A DNA stretch of 64,000 bases from Bacteroidia bacterium (GTDB lineage Bacteria > Bacteroidota > Bacteroidia > M30B66): the NCBI GenBank assembly GCA_965279035.1, contig OZ257142.1, positions 3,232,001-3,296,000 of the forward strand, read 5' to 3'. The notes under the pieces were generated by a model, which searched no databases, was not told the DNA's origin, and was given only the letters and a program-made list of their open reading frames with translations. The position numbers were made by a program, and so were the translations under genes. Shown here piece after piece: positions 21,904 to 32,484 of this stretch; within the stretch, counting starts at the first letter, position 1, and each line of letters starts with the position of its first letter.

Positions 21904-22400
21904 CTTTTTAGTCCATTTATGCCGCGAGCGGCTATTTCAATTTTGCTGGCTATTTCCTTACTGGCAACTTTGGCTATTTCAATCGAAACTGTTTTTGTTA
22001 AAATCGGCAGCTGAGATTCCATTACAGGAGTAATCCAATCGGCTGCTTTTCTATTTATTGATCCTGGAGTGGTTCGAACAACTATTCCAGATCCTTCAGG
22101 ATTTACTTTATATACACCTCCAACACCTTTAGCTAAATAAATACCGGTTTTATCGAAAGTAAATCCGGCTCGCTCAACCATTTGATCAACTTTGCGGGTA
22201 TTGTGTTTTAAGCTAGAAAGCAAGCTGTCGCTTGGACTTTTTAAAACGCGTTGAAGGTTTTCGCTCTGAAGTTGCCATGTTCTAACACTCCAGGCTTCAA
22301 CTGCTCTATTAAGACCAATCCAAACATTATTGCTTTTACTGGCCATCTTCTGGATCGAATTGAAAATTGTTTCTATAAAGCTCAATTTCACCTTCTTCAA
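21900..22400 (-). CDS. Phage neck/tail-completion-like protein (start uncertain)
   Basis: Basic protein with GIYLAKGVG..RKAADW; located in the tail operon. Confidence 0.5.
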   Translation of the reverse strand: MKKVKLSFIETIFNSIQKMASKSNNVWIGLNRAVEAWSVRTWQLQSENLQRVLKSPSDSLLSSLKHNTRKVDQMVERAGFTFDKTGIYLAKGVGGVYKVNPEGSGIVVRTTPGSINRKAADWITPVMESQLPILTKTVSIEIAKVASKEIASKIEIAARGINGLKR

Positions 22401-24606
22401 TTCCAGCTTCAGAAATTGTGAAGGTTAATTTACCGGCAACAAAAACACTATTTGATAGTTTTTTTTGTTTCCGAAAAACGTTTTGAATAAATGGCAAATC
22501 GATATATATAATATCACGGATTTTCTCAGTATTACGAATAAAAGATTCCCATTTTTTCCACCATAAATTATAAATTGAGTTTGGTAGTTTTTGATCCCAG
22601 GATAATACATATTTGCCAAGTGGATCTTCTCCGGCAACATTTGAAATGTTCATTGAGGAAGCAACGGGAACAAGACTTGCACTAAACGGTTTAGCAACAA
22701 GTCCTCGATAATAAGAAAGTCGGATTGCAGAGAAGTCGTTGTAATTTAAATCATACCGAGGAAAGTGCATTGATGTTTGAATGTTCGGAGCCAAAGAAGC
22801 ATGAATTCCACCAGCGACAGACATTAATACGGGTGAAAATGAAGGAGGAACTATTTTCTTGGAAGCATCACCTGAAGTCGTGTTAAAAAAAGCATCAGTG
22901 TAAATAGTATAGGTCCTTGATCCATCTTGAGCAACCGAAATTAAAAACGCTTTATTATTTACTCTTGAGATGAATATTTTTCCATCTGCTCCATCAGGAT
23001 ATACTGTGTCGTAATAACCAATGAAATCTTCGGTTTTAATTGCTTTGAAATTATTGTCTATTAGCTTGTCTTCTGCTTTAGAAAAGTCCCAAGAAAAATC
23101 ATATCCTTTAATGTCGGCAGTTCTTGTAGGCAACTCATCTCCAATTCGATCATCAATTGATTCTATTGGCGATTCAAGAGATGTAATACACTTATCTATT
23201 GAAACAGAATTTGTTGTCCAATCAAAATTAAAAGCCAGATTAAATGCCTGTTTTACTCCTTTTAAGAAATCTTCGATTGAAATATTTGGCATGAATTCAG
23301 CCAATTTAAATGGCTCAATTATATCATTACCTGAATAATCTAGATTCACAACTTGAAAAGTGAGAGAATCGATAGAAATAGCAGAACCAGTAGCAATTAT
23401 TGGAATCAGCGCTATTGATGAAAAGTGGTTCGGAGTAAATGCAGGTTCATCAATATTTATATCAAATGAAACAGTATAGGTATTAGTTTCATCTGTAACA
23501 GTTAATCCAGTTGTTATTTGATAAGCAACATCACCATTAATTGCTCCACCTGTCCCATTTAAAGTTAAGCCTACACCAAAGAAACCAATTGCAACAACTC
23601 CTGTTGTTTCTTGGGACATTTTTGCATGAATAACTACCCTGTAATTAGTTCCATCAACAACCTTTACTTTCAATAAATCATGTGGATATTGAACATCCAT
23701 TGTATTATCTATGAAAACTCCAATGGTGCTTTCATAATCTTGGTCCATTGGATCGTGTCCAGCTGGATCATTAAAGCTTGTAATTTTAGGGAAATGCCAA
23801 GGAAAGAATGGGTTTCCTTCATAAGCAGCATCGTAAGTTGAACACGATGCTTGCATTAATTTCCCAGAATCGAGCTGAAATAATTTATTGGAAAAAAATG
23901 ATAGATTTCTTTGTTCTTTATCGTTTATAAATGATCCAGTTACATTGTAGCCAAATTGATTAAATAACGCTTCAAGTACTGAAACAATTCGAATTTTGGG
24001 CGAAGTAAAATAGCGTTTACAATCACTCAATAATGAATTAGAATAAAATGGTGCAAATGATGTTGGATTATTCCATCTATTTAAAATACCATCATAGTAA
24101 TCATTGATAAATGATACATCCTTAATATCATCAAATACAATTTCATTCTTAATTAATGGCCACACAACTGCCTGCTCGATCTCATTAGGATCATTGCACA
24201 ATGCCATCCAATCCAGAGCATCAGAAATTAAATTGAATGTTTTATTGTGTCTTGAAAAGTCAATATCTCGAAGTGTTTTTCCTTGAATGTCTATGTTAAT
24301 TCCATTTAGAATTACTGAACATCTGTAAATATTCTTAGTGTTTTCTAAACGAACAATTTTGCATCGATCAAAATACTCTCCCAATAAATAAAGCTGTCCA
24401 TCGACAGATTTTACACGGGAATAAGTATCAATTAATCTGGCATGCTTAAATATTAAATCGTTTGTTGGTGTTGAAGGAAAATTATTGGGAAATGTTAAGC
24501 TTCCTGGAATAACATCTTCTTCAAAAGCAGAGTGATTTAATTCAAAAACCACTTTGCCATCTGTAGGCATTCCAAACCATAAATCACCAACCTTGATCGC
24601 AAACAT
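22336..24606 (-). CDS. Phage minor tail/baseplate-hub-like protein
   Basis: 756 aa; PGSLTFP near N-terminus and MPNISIEDFLKGVKQAFNL, typical of phage tail proteins. Confidence 0.6.
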   Translation of the reverse strand: MFAIKVGDLWFGMPTDGKVVFELNHSAFEEDVIPGSLTFPNNFPSTPTNDLIFKHARLIDTYSRVKSVDGQLYLLGEYFDRCKIVRLENTKNIYRCSVILNGINIDIQGKTLRDIDFSRHNKTFNLISDALDWMALCNDPNEIEQAVVWPLIKNEIVFDDIKDVSFINDYYDGILNRWNNPTSFAPFYSNSLLSDCKRYFTSPKIRIVSVLEALFNQFGYNVTGSFINDKEQRNLSFFSNKLFQLDSGKLMQASCSTYDAAYEGNPFFPWHFPKITSFNDPAGHDPMDQDYESTIGVFIDNTMDVQYPHDLLKVKVVDGTNYRVVIHAKMSQETTGVVAIGFFGVGLTLNGTGGAINGDVAYQITTGLTVTDETNTYTVSFDINIDEPAFTPNHFSSIALIPIIATGSAISIDSLTFQVVNLDYSGNDIIEPFKLAEFMPNISIEDFLKGVKQAFNLAFNFDWTTNSVSIDKCITSLESPIESIDDRIGDELPTRTADIKGYDFSWDFSKAEDKLIDNNFKAIKTEDFIGYYDTVYPDGADGKIFISRVNNKAFLISVAQDGSRTYTIYTDAFFNTTSGDASKKIVPPSFSPVLMSVAGGIHASLAPNIQTSMHFPRYDLNYNDFSAIRLSYYRGLVAKPFSASLVPVASSMNISNVAGEDPLGKYVLSWDQKLPNSIYNLWWKKWESFIRNTEKIRDIIYIDLPFIQNVFRKQKKLSNSVFVAGKLTFTISEAGIEEGEIELYRNNFQFDPEDGQ

Positions 24607-26234
24607 TAGAATGAATTATTAAGTAAACCTGCGCTGTGTTCTGTGTATGATCTACGGTAGCGAAAAGAAAAACCATAGAGATATTCTCCATCGTTTTTAT
24701 CCTTGGTAATTAGAAATGTTCCAGGTTCTATTTTAATCGAATAACGATATCCATTTAAACCGTTGTAGAAATTGTCTCTAACTATTTCCCAAACATTTTC
24801 GGAAAGAATTAAGTTGATGTATCGATAAACCTCACTTAAAGAAAGGTTGCCGGTTGAACAATCATAAAGCTCTGAGAACTCTATAAGTTTTTGTGATACA
24901 TTTTTTCTTTTCCAATATACTTCCGGAACAGAAAACTGATTGTATTCAGTTTTTGAAATTTCAATGGATTGAGAGTTCTCGCCGGTGCATCGAAATACTT
25001 CAGCTCCACCAATGGATGTTTCACTCAGAAAATATTTCTCACCAAACTTGGAAGGAACAATTTTATAATTTCCAAAACTAGCCTTAGGAGTTTCTGAATA
25101 GAATTCAACTAAGCTCAATGAATAAGAAACAATATCATCTATTGTTTTATCCAATGATGTACAAATTCCAACTATGTCAAGCGATGTTTGAAATAAGCCT
25201 ACTGGAAAAATTACTACTTCATTTATTGGACAATTAAATAAAGCTCTGCTTGCGTTGTAAGATGTGTTGTCTTTAAATACAAGCGTTTGTTCGACGCTTA
25301 TATAAAGATTATCCAAGGTATTAAACCAATACTTGTATTGTTCCTGATATAATGTTACTTCATCAGCTAAACTGTAAGTTAAAACACCTTGGATTTCTCC
25401 AATTACATATTCTTGTAAGTAATCATCCCATGCATCTTGATTCTCCTGGCGACTTCCACCTCTAAGCACATAAGTATTTTCTTTAAATTCAAATTCATTG
25501 ACTGCAGGAGGGTTTCCATATATTTCATAAACGGCTGGAATGAATTTAATGCAATGACCGGTTGCTATTTTCCCACCAATTTGCATTGGATCCGGTGGTG
25601 TAAATTTGGTTAATGAATGAAGTGGATTTTGAATGTCGAATTGAATATCGATTTCAGTAATATTTTCTTGAATTATAATTACAGGAGCAATGTGTTCAGA
25701 AAATAAAACTTTAGTAATTGATTCACCATCAATAAGTCCATTAACGAATTTATAAAGTGATAATCCGACTTGATAATTCAGTTTGTGAGCTGTAATTATA
25801 CCAGAATCTTCATCGGATTCTAAAATATCTAGAGTAACAGTTGTGGATCCATCGCCTAATCTTTGTGCCCAGAATTGAGAGCCAATTTCTTTGGCTTTAA
25901 TTCTAATTTGATCAGGGCTTCCATCAACAAAAACAATGAATGATTTTACGAAATAATAATTCAAATTAAGAGTGGCCATGGCATTGCTTAAACAATCTTC
26001 AGCAGTTGCGCCAATTAGAATTTCATTCCATGCATTTGTTGGGCTTGTTTTCCAAGTAAATAGAATGCTTCCACCAGGCCAAATAAATTTCCACTGATAA
26101 CCATCAGAAGGAATTGCTCCCAACTTCACTACCTGGTAATAGTTTAATAGATAATGATCTTCAAGTCCAGTTGTGATTACTACTGGAGCTTTGTCTTTAG
26201 AAAAATAAATAGAGCGAAAACTACTTGAAACCAT
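24606..26234 (-). CDS. Phage minor tail/distal-tail-like protein
   Basis: 542 aa; C-terminal FLSETSIGGAEVFRCTG..LILSENVW; coupled to neighbours. Confidence 0.55.
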   Translation of the reverse strand: MVSSSFRSIYFSKDKAPVVITTGLEDHYLLNYYQVVKLGAIPSDGYQWKFIWPGGSILFTWKTSPTNAWNEILIGATAEDCLSNAMATLNLNYYFVKSFIVFVDGSPDQIRIKAKEIGSQFWAQRLGDGSTTVTLDILESDEDSGIITAHKLNYQVGLSLYKFVNGLIDGESITKVLFSEHIAPVIIIQENITEIDIQFDIQNPLHSLTKFTPPDPMQIGGKIATGHCIKFIPAVYEIYGNPPAVNEFEFKENTYVLRGGSRQENQDAWDDYLQEYVIGEIQGVLTYSLADEVTLYQEQYKYWFNTLDNLYISVEQTLVFKDNTSYNASRALFNCPINEVVIFPVGLFQTSLDIVGICTSLDKTIDDIVSYSLSLVEFYSETPKASFGNYKIVPSKFGEKYFLSETSIGGAEVFRCTGENSQSIEISKTEYNQFSVPEVYWKRKNVSQKLIEFSELYDCSTGNLSLSEVYRYINLILSENVWEIVRDNFYNGLNGYRYSIKIEPGTFLITKDKNDGEYLYGFSFRYRRSYTEHSAGLLNNSF

Positions 26235-26722
26235 TACAATTCAGTTTTGAAATTCCTTTGTGATCCAATAGGAAATGTGATCATGTATCCAATTCCATTA
26301 TCGAGTGTTGATCCAATCTCATCGTATTTTATTTCTGAAGTATGGAAATGCTGAAGGAGTTGTCCTTTCCCATTGTTTGAATGACGGTATTGGTTTAGCC
26401 TTTCCATTAGTGCCATTCCAATTACAAGGCATTCATCTCGAACTAATCTATTCAATGTAAATTCTTCTCTTTTACCTTGTTTGAGAACAAATATTTTGGC
26501 TTTTTTAATATCCAAATTGTTAGATCCAACTCCACCAGTTTGCGGACCCATAATAATTGCCGGCCAATGAATACTTCGGTTATTACGAGCTGTTTCAGCT
26601 TCTTCATAACTACCGAAGAAATGGTTTTCTGTATCTGATTGTCCTGTTAAAGCAACACAATCAGTACAAACGAGCTTCAGTAGATCATAAAGATCTTGTT
26701 CACTTAGAATTTTGCTCATCAT
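26234..26722 (-). CDS. Phage tail terminator/completion-like protein
   Basis: Position in tail operon; 162 aa. Confidence 0.45.
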   Translation of the reverse strand: MMSKILSEQDLYDLLKLVCTDCVALTGQSDTENHFFGSYEEAETARNNRSIHWPAIIMGPQTGGVGSNNLDIKKAKIFVLKQGKREEFTLNRLVRDECLVIGMALMERLNQYRHSNNGKGQLLQHFHTSEIKYDEIGSTLDNGIGYMITFPIGSQRNFKTEL

Positions 26723-27537
26723 TTTTTGCTTTTAATTTCCTGTTCATGCTGCTCTTTAGCGCGCATGTCTAGATATTTTAAAATATTGTGCACCGGCTCT
26801 TCCTCCGTCTTTTCACGATTTCCAAAAGGTCCTCCTGAAAGGCTAATTGTTAATGCGTGATAGTCAACAGGAGTTTGTTTTTTCGATTTATTAAAATCAT
26901 TTGCTGGATCCTGTTTTTTGTTAGGAAATAAATTCTTGTAGCTACCAATTACACTTGTTCTAAGTGCTCCATAGTGCATTGCAATTGCAACTTTTAATTC
27001 AATTGGTTTCTTTTTCCACATTGGAATAAAGCGATCGGCATTTACATGATTTTGCCAATCATTTCCTTTGTGAGTTAACTTAAATACAAGTGTGTCTTTA
27101 GGAGTATAGATTAATGCGCACAGAGTGTCCAATGATTCGGCATTTCCTCCAATCCAAGAAGTATAAAATGCATCTACTAGGCACCATCTTCCCCAAGAAA
27201 GATTTTTAAAGCTGTCGTCCATTCCGGTAAAACCTCTAACGGTTTTCATCATGATACCTTTTTTCATGATTGGCTTTTCTAACAGCGGCAATAGCAAATT
27301 GGAAACGCACTGAGAATAAAACTCATCACCAGGTAAATGAAGTCCAATCCAAAGCCAGGACAAACCAGCAATTTCTTTGAACATGATTATGTGTCCTTGG
27401 TCTTCAGGAAGATCTTGCACCTTAGCAATACTGATAAGGTGCCGGTCTTTTAGTTCATCCCAATTCTCAGGAAACTTAAATTTTCGGCTGGCCAATACCT
27501 TAGTATCGGTTTCTTTTCGAATGTCGATATCAAGCAT
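26719..27537 (-). CDS. Phage protein, tail-assembly-chaperone-like
   Basis: FPENWDEL motif; start MLDIDIRK at 27537 overlaps the spanin stop. Confidence 0.5.
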   Translation of the reverse strand: MLDIDIRKETDTKVLASRKFKFPENWDELKDRHLISIAKVQDLPEDQGHIIMFKEIAGLSWLWIGLHLPGDEFYSQCVSNLLLPLLEKPIMKKGIMMKTVRGFTGMDDSFKNLSWGRWCLVDAFYTSWIGGNAESLDTLCALIYTPKDTLVFKLTHKGNDWQNHVNADRFIPMWKKKPIELKVAIAMHYGALRTSVIGSYKNLFPNKKQDPANDFNKSKKQTPVDYHALTISLSGGPFGNREKTEEEPVHNILKYLDMRAKEQHEQEIKSKK

Positions 27538-28060
27538 ACGGCTTTCCCTTTCTGTAGTGCTTCCAATAGTAATATCCTCCAACACCAAGGATTACTAAAA
27601 TTGAAATGACAAATAGCATATCAACAATTAAATTCCACTTTGCGGCTTTAATTTGGTCATTACAATCGCAAGGGATGTGCATCCTTTGATTTATAAGTGA
27701 AGATTCGGACTTGTTTGCGCCTTTAATATTTTGGGCCTTAAAAAACGCTTCTAATGCAATATTTCCATTCTTGCCTCTTGATGCCCGAATTTGAGCCTTT
27801 TCATCTTCTGCAATTATGGTTTGCTTTCCATCTGCAGGGAGTTGTTTAAACCAATCGGGGCATGGACCGCTGAGACCGGATAATTTAAATTCAGGAATTG
27901 TAGTGTCTTTTACAATGAGTGAATAATTATGGTCAATTGAAGCCGGAAATCGTTCAATACATCGGCGCTCCAATGATTTGCATCCAAGTGCAAACAAAGT
28001 AATTAGAACTGCAAATAAATACAGCAAAATCGATAAATAAAGTCGGGTGCTTTTTGTCAT
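27530..28060 (-). CDS. Unimolecular spanin (u-spanin) candidate
   Basis: Lipobox LFALG-C after start MTKSTR at 28060; C-terminal TM helix followed by basic tail; follows the endolysin. Confidence 0.65.
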   Translation of the reverse strand: MTKSTRLYLSILLYLFAVLITLFALGCKSLERRCIERFPASIDHNYSLIVKDTTIPEFKLSGLSGPCPDWFKQLPADGKQTIIAEDEKAQIRASRGKNGNIALEAFFKAQNIKGANKSESSLINQRMHIPCDCNDQIKAAKWNLIVDMLFVISILVILGVGGYYYWKHYRKGKPYA

Positions 28061-28085
28061 GGTTTTATTTAGTTTTTCTATATAA

Positions 28086-28676
28086 TTATTTAGAAACTCT
28101 ACATTTTTTGAATCTAGAAACTCCAAATATTTGCTTGATGTGTCGCCATTTTCGAGCGATCATATTTCCATTTCGTGTTGCTTCTCCATAATTAGCATCA
28201 CCGGTATTGGCTTCGACTGTTTCAACCATATTTCCATGTGATTGATGCCAAAATCCAACATGTCCAATTCTATTTAATTTAGAAAACCATAGGCCGATTA
28301 CATCTCCACGTTCAGGAGTTTGAAATGGCAATGATTTATGTTGCCAATAAATGCGATTTGAAGAGGGGAAAAAGAAAGGAGACCATGCGCTGCGAGGTGT
28401 GCAACAAACTCCCGCAGCTCGAAGAATTGAATCAACGAAACTCGCACAATAAGGACTTCCTTTGGCAGATCCTGTTGAACGAATAATTGCTTCGATTACT
28501 GGTCCATCGTTATGACCAGTTGCTTCTTTTATTCCTACAAAACCGAGATATTCCCAAGCAATTGCATTGGGTTTTACCCTGCAAACTGACTGAGAATAAA
28601 CATGAACAGAGCCATATAGGCAAAAAGCAACCATTGCCGCGATGTAGCGGACATTGAAAAAAACTCGTCTGTACAT
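28086..28676 (-). CDS. CHAP-domain endolysin with N-terminal signal/SAR-like segment
   Basis: SPYCASFV (Cys), GHVGF (His), VEANT; hydrophobic N-terminus. Confidence 0.8.
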   Translation of the reverse strand: MYRRVFFNVRYIAAMVAFCLYGSVHVYSQSVCRVKPNAIAWEYLGFVGIKEATGHNDGPVIEAIIRSTGSAKGSPYCASFVDSILRAAGVCCTPRSAWSPFFFPSSNRIYWQHKSLPFQTPERGDVIGLWFSKLNRIGHVGFWHQSHGNMVETVEANTGDANYGEATRNGNMIARKWRHIKQIFGVSRFKKCRVSK

Positions 28677-28990
28677 AAGTCTCGATTTAAAAGGTATTTA
28701 AAAAGCCAGGGGGCTTGAATTCCAATTCCAAGTTGTGCGAGGTCACCACAAATAATTGCAATGAAAATGCTGGAGAAAATGATTTGGAAAAATGAAGCTG
28801 AAAACTCTAATTCATGACCACCTGAAACTTGCTGAGCAAGTGAGTTGATGTAATCAACTGCAGGAAATGAATAGATAAATAAAATGGCAAAAAGAGGGGT
28901 TGCAATTATTGTTGGCCAGTCGATTAAAAACTGGATGATCTTTCGAAAGATTTTCATTGTATTAGTTTTTGAGTTGTTTTTGTAGATCAA
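28574..28990 (-). CDS. Holin-like membrane protein (~3 TM)
   Basis: Three hydrophobic segments; overlaps the endolysin start. Confidence 0.55.
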   Translation of the reverse strand: MIYKNNSKTNTMKIFRKIIQFLIDWPTIIATPLFAILFIYSFPAVDYINSLAQQVSGGHELEFSASFFQIIFSSIFIAIICGDLAQLGIGIQAPWLFKYLLNRDLCTDEFFSMSATSRQWLLFAYMALFMFILSQFAG

Positions 28991-29348
28991 TGACTTGACG
29001 GGTTAATTCAGCAGATTTCTTTTTCTCACTTTCAAGCTCTTTCATCACATTATCATAAGCTTTTTGAAGCGCTTCAAGGCTTTTTCGAGCAACTTCTTCC
29101 CGCTCCTGGACCATTTCCATTTGATGCTGCAGTGATTCAATTTGCTTAGCCTGGCGTTCTGAAATTTGTTGAAAGAGCTGGCTAATTGTTACATCTGCTT
29201 CAGCTTGTATTTTATTTGCTTCTGCCTGTGTTTTTGATGTTTCCGCAGATCGTTTTGCACGATTTTGTGCACCTCGTATAATGGTTACAAGAATGAACGT
29301 AACTCCACCACCAAAACCAAAGCTTCCAAGCATGCTTATGAACTCCAT
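28962..29348 (-). CDS. Membrane-anchored coiled-coil lysis-cassette protein
   Basis: N-terminal TM (GFGGGVTFILV) followed by coiled coil. Confidence 0.55.
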   Translation of the reverse strand: MEFISMLGSFGFGGGVTFILVTIIRGAQNRAKRSAETSKTQAEANKIQAEADVTISQLFQQISERQAKQIESLQHQMEMVQEREEVARKSLEALQKAYDNVMKELESEKKKSAELTRQVIDLQKQLKN

Positions 29349-29353
29349 TTCAA

Positions 29354-30346
29354 TTAAATTAAAGCGTGAACTCCTGAACCATCTTTATTCTTGAATGGTC
29401 CTCCATTATATAATTCTGGTGCAGCGAAAAGCGGATAGTCGCTTGCATTATCAATGATGAACTTTTGAAGCATTGATAATTGTTCGGGACCAAGTTTTCT
29501 GCAGCTGGCAGAAAGATTTGAAATCTTTTGATCAGGTGCTGCTACTTTTCCTCTTGAAACGTTGCTGTTTACGCTGTTTGAAAGCACAGTGATTCCAAGG
29601 TCGCTCCACTCTACTTCACTTAAAGAAATTGCATCGCCTAAAGCACAGTAGGCAACTGCAGGACGAGCAATATCAATTATTGCTTTGTTTGCAACAGAAA
29701 CAGTGTTCGACTGGATCTGATCTAGAATTTCAGAAAGTAAATTTTTGCCAAGAATAGATGCGAGCTGCTGCGTTTCAATTCTTGTTACATGTGGTTTTAT
29801 GAATCGAAATAAACGGCGCGTAACAAGTACACCAGTCACTAATTCTAATTCAGAAGTTGACCGAACAATTGCACGGGAAAATGCAGTGTATTCTTTTGAA
29901 TTGGTCCAGGTGGAGAACTGATCTTTATTTTGTTCTAAGAATTCAAGAGCTTGCTCAATTCCAGTATATGCATCTCGTAAATATGCATCTAGAGCCTGTG
30001 TAGTATCAAAAGGTTTTGCGTCCTTCTCGTTCTCATTTTCTGTTACACGAATTCCTTGGCTATCAAATGTTACTTTATGCTTTGGAGCATATAGGTAAAT
30101 AGAGTAATTTGCCAATGGAGCTCGAAGCATTTTAATTGCTTCCAATTGAATTGCTGAAGGTGTATCATCATTGAATACATCAATCAGTTCTTTCAAGAAT
30201 TCTCGCCCAATTTCTTTAGATATAAATGCATTTTGAGCATTATATATCTGAGCAGGGAGTTTTACAAAAAACGGATCCATTGCTTTTGAAAGCGGAACGA
30301 ATTCTATGAATTCTTCAAAGGTTTTAAAAAGGGTTCTAAAAGCCAT
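29354..30346 (-). CDS. Head-tail adaptor-like protein (DUF6712-like)
   Basis: Follows portal; two internally similar helical halves. Confidence 0.55.
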   Translation of the reverse strand: MAFRTLFKTFEEFIEFVPLSKAMDPFFVKLPAQIYNAQNAFISKEIGREFLKELIDVFNDDTPSAIQLEAIKMLRAPLANYSIYLYAPKHKVTFDSQGIRVTENENEKDAKPFDTTQALDAYLRDAYTGIEQALEFLEQNKDQFSTWTNSKEYTAFSRAIVRSTSELELVTGVLVTRRLFRFIKPHVTRIETQQLASILGKNLLSEILDQIQSNTVSVANKAIIDIARPAVAYCALGDAISLSEVEWSDLGITVLSNSVNSNVSRGKVAAPDQKISNLSASCRKLGPEQLSMLQKFIIDNASDYPLFAAPELYNGGPFKNKDGSGVHALI

Positions 30347-31653
30347 TAGTTCGCAGGTTGAGCGGTTGGTTTACCTGAAGTCATTGAACTCATAAAAGTG
30401 ATTCCGATTTGAAATTCTAAATCTGAATCCCATCCGTTGTAATCTCTAATTACATAAAGAGGTTCCAGCACTAAATCATGATATGGTTTGATGCTGGCCA
30501 TAAATAAATTATAGGAAGCATTAATGTCGCTTCCGGATCCGGCAGTTTGTCCTTTTCCTTGTATGTGTGGGAAAAGCTGCGGGTCAATATCGAGTGCGTT
30601 GCATAAATGAGCAACAGCTTCTGAAGAGTCTTCTACATAAACACCTGATTTAATTTTATCGTCGATGGATGTTACTCTCCAAGCTATGCGCTCTTCTCCG
30701 CTTTTATCATAATAAAACCCAGTTAACAGGGTTTTCATGGCATTTTTCTGTCCGGATAATTGTTTGTTAAAGTCTTCTACAAACGCTGACTTATGAAGCC
30801 TTTGTTCTTCAGCTGTGAAGTTTGCCCATCCATCATACATATTTGGCCAATACTCTTCATTGACTTCCAAATGATACTTCAGACTGATTTGATTTTTCAT
30901 CATCCATGTTTTGAACTCTGGAATCTGAATTGAGTATTCTAGCCATCCGGAAGAAATCGCACCGTTCCATGCGGCTAATTGATAGAAGTGTTTGCCAGGT
31001 GATGGATAGCTTACAGGGTAAACGAAACGAAAACCGTCTTTTCTGTTTTTAAGCTGACCGGCAGCATCCCAATAAGGATCAATAACAGGAACTGTAATCA
31101 AATCAACGTTGGGATCTCGGTCCCAATTTGCACTAAGAAAGCAGTTTTCGACTAAGCCATTTTCAGGATTTTGCCATTCCCAACGGCAATGACAAGCCTC
31201 TTCAATGAATAATTGAACGATTTGATTTCTATCTAGACTTAATATAAGATTTGGATAGAAATTAACGAACCAATATAAATCGCTGAATGCTTCCATAAGG
31301 TAGCGATTCAGGTTGTTTTTACGTTTAAATTCTTCGAAAAGAGGGTACTTTTCGGGTACAAAAACCTCTTTATTATCAATATACTGTTTGCGTCCAATTT
31401 GAATTCCACCGGCATAAGAAAGCCTTGCTTTGCGATCGATTGCAGGTGCTATAACGGTGCTTTTTGAAGCAGCTTCAACTACTCTTTGCGGAAACAAATT
31501 ATCATCTCCCCAAGGCACCCATTTAGTTCCACCATTTTGTTGAGGAACGGTTGAGCGTGGCTCCGGAATTTTACCACCTGGAGTCATAATGATTCCAGAT
31601 TCAGTTGCAATAATTGTTCTGCCGTTATGTGTGAATGACTTTATCATTACCAA
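30346..31653 (-). CDS. Portal protein
   Basis: WVPWGDDNLFPQ; YPSPGKHFYQLAAW; SGQKNAMK; GSGSD. Confidence 0.8.
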   Translation of the reverse strand: MVMIKSFTHNGRTIIATESGIIMTPGGKIPEPRSTVPQQNGGTKWVPWGDDNLFPQRVVEAASKSTVIAPAIDRKARLSYAGGIQIGRKQYIDNKEVFVPEKYPLFEEFKRKNNLNRYLMEAFSDLYWFVNFYPNLILSLDRNQIVQLFIEEACHCRWEWQNPENGLVENCFLSANWDRDPNVDLITVPVIDPYWDAAGQLKNRKDGFRFVYPVSYPSPGKHFYQLAAWNGAISSGWLEYSIQIPEFKTWMMKNQISLKYHLEVNEEYWPNMYDGWANFTAEEQRLHKSAFVEDFNKQLSGQKNAMKTLLTGFYYDKSGEERIAWRVTSIDDKIKSGVYVEDSSEAVAHLCNALDIDPQLFPHIQGKGQTAGSGSDINASYNLFMASIKPYHDLVLEPLYVIRDYNGWDSDLEFQIGITFMSSMTSGKPTAQPAN

Positions 31654-31928
31654 TTAATTGTATGACCAACTTTTCCAAATTCAACACAGAGAATTAATCG
31701 AATGTGAATTGGATTAGGATGTGCGGTATTACCAGGGGCGCTCACGTTGATCATCTGAAGATTCTTTTGATTAGATTTTGATCCAAGCTTTGTGACATTA
31801 TTTAAAGTGATTATTTCACCACCTTTTTTTCTTCCAGAATCGTAGGTCACGTAAGTGATTCCGAAGGTGATTTTATCACCTCGCTCATCACAATCATCCA
31901 TCTTCTGCAGGGCATCACGTAAGATCAT
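31647..31928 (-). CDS. Small protein preceding the portal
   Basis: FGITYVTYD..KGGE..IHIRLI; ATG 4 nt after a promoter box. Confidence 0.65.
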   Translation of the reverse strand: MILRDALQKMDDCDERGDKITFGITYVTYDSGRKKGGEIITLNNVTKLGSKSNQKNLQMINVSAPGNTAHPNPIHIRLILCVEFGKVGHTINW

Positions 31929-31932
31929 GCAG

Positions 31933-31967
31933 CTAATTTGAAACTCATTAGCCGTTTACTAAAGGAC
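31933..31967 (-). promoter_or_regulatory. Putative late promoter GTCCTTT-N20-CAAATTAG (portal/lysis/tail operon)
   Basis: One of four identically spaced copies at operon starts. Confidence 0.65.
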
Positions 31968-31978
31968 ACAACCGGTTG

Positions 31979-32482
31979 CTAGTTATTCTTTAGTAGAGTT
32001 ACTCTACCATAAATGACTTTTTTCTTAAAAACTATTTGCCAGGAATAAACTCCATCAGGAACAATTTCACCTAGATAATTTCCATCCCAATCATTACCAG
32101 AAAAAATCTGTTCTCCCCATCGATTGAAAATCAACATTTGATATTCAAGTGTTGTCACTGGATGAAACCGATCGTTTATTCCATCACCATTTGGAGTGAA
32201 TGAATTTGGAATCCAAACGTCGACTTCACATGGTTCTAATAAAAGCAGAGTATCGGCTTCTGTTTTACATCCGAATTCTGATACAACTACCAGATGAATT
32301 AAAATACTATCTGCTTCGCTTCGGTCAATAATTATTTCGAGACCATCGACGCTGATCACTGGCGATGATGATGTAAAAAAATAAGCGGAAGCACCATTTG
32401 CCTCCGCTATAACCTTTACAAAATCACATTGTCCGTGACATTGAAAAGCCAATGCCAGAAAAATGAAACTTATCAGCTTCAT
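31979..32482 (-). CDS. Small secreted protein with T9SS type B (gliding-motility-associated) CTD
   Basis: Signal peptide ending CHG-Q; IPNSFTPNGDGINDRF..IFNRWGEQIF..WDG..PDGVYSW. Confidence 0.85.
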   Translation of the reverse strand: MKLISFIFLALAFQCHGQCDFVKVIAEANGASAYFFTSSSPVISVDGLEIIIDRSEADSILIHLVVVSEFGCKTEADTLLLLEPCEVDVWIPNSFTPNGDGINDRFHPVTTLEYQMLIFNRWGEQIFSGNDWDGNYLGEIVPDGVYSWQIVFKKKVIYGRVTLLKNN

Positions 32483-32484
32483 GG

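Noticed and set aside
21900-22400. Programmed-frameshift tail chaperone pair before the tape measure gene
   Set aside because: The upstream genes do not look like a G/GT pair and I found no convincing slippery site with an extended frame
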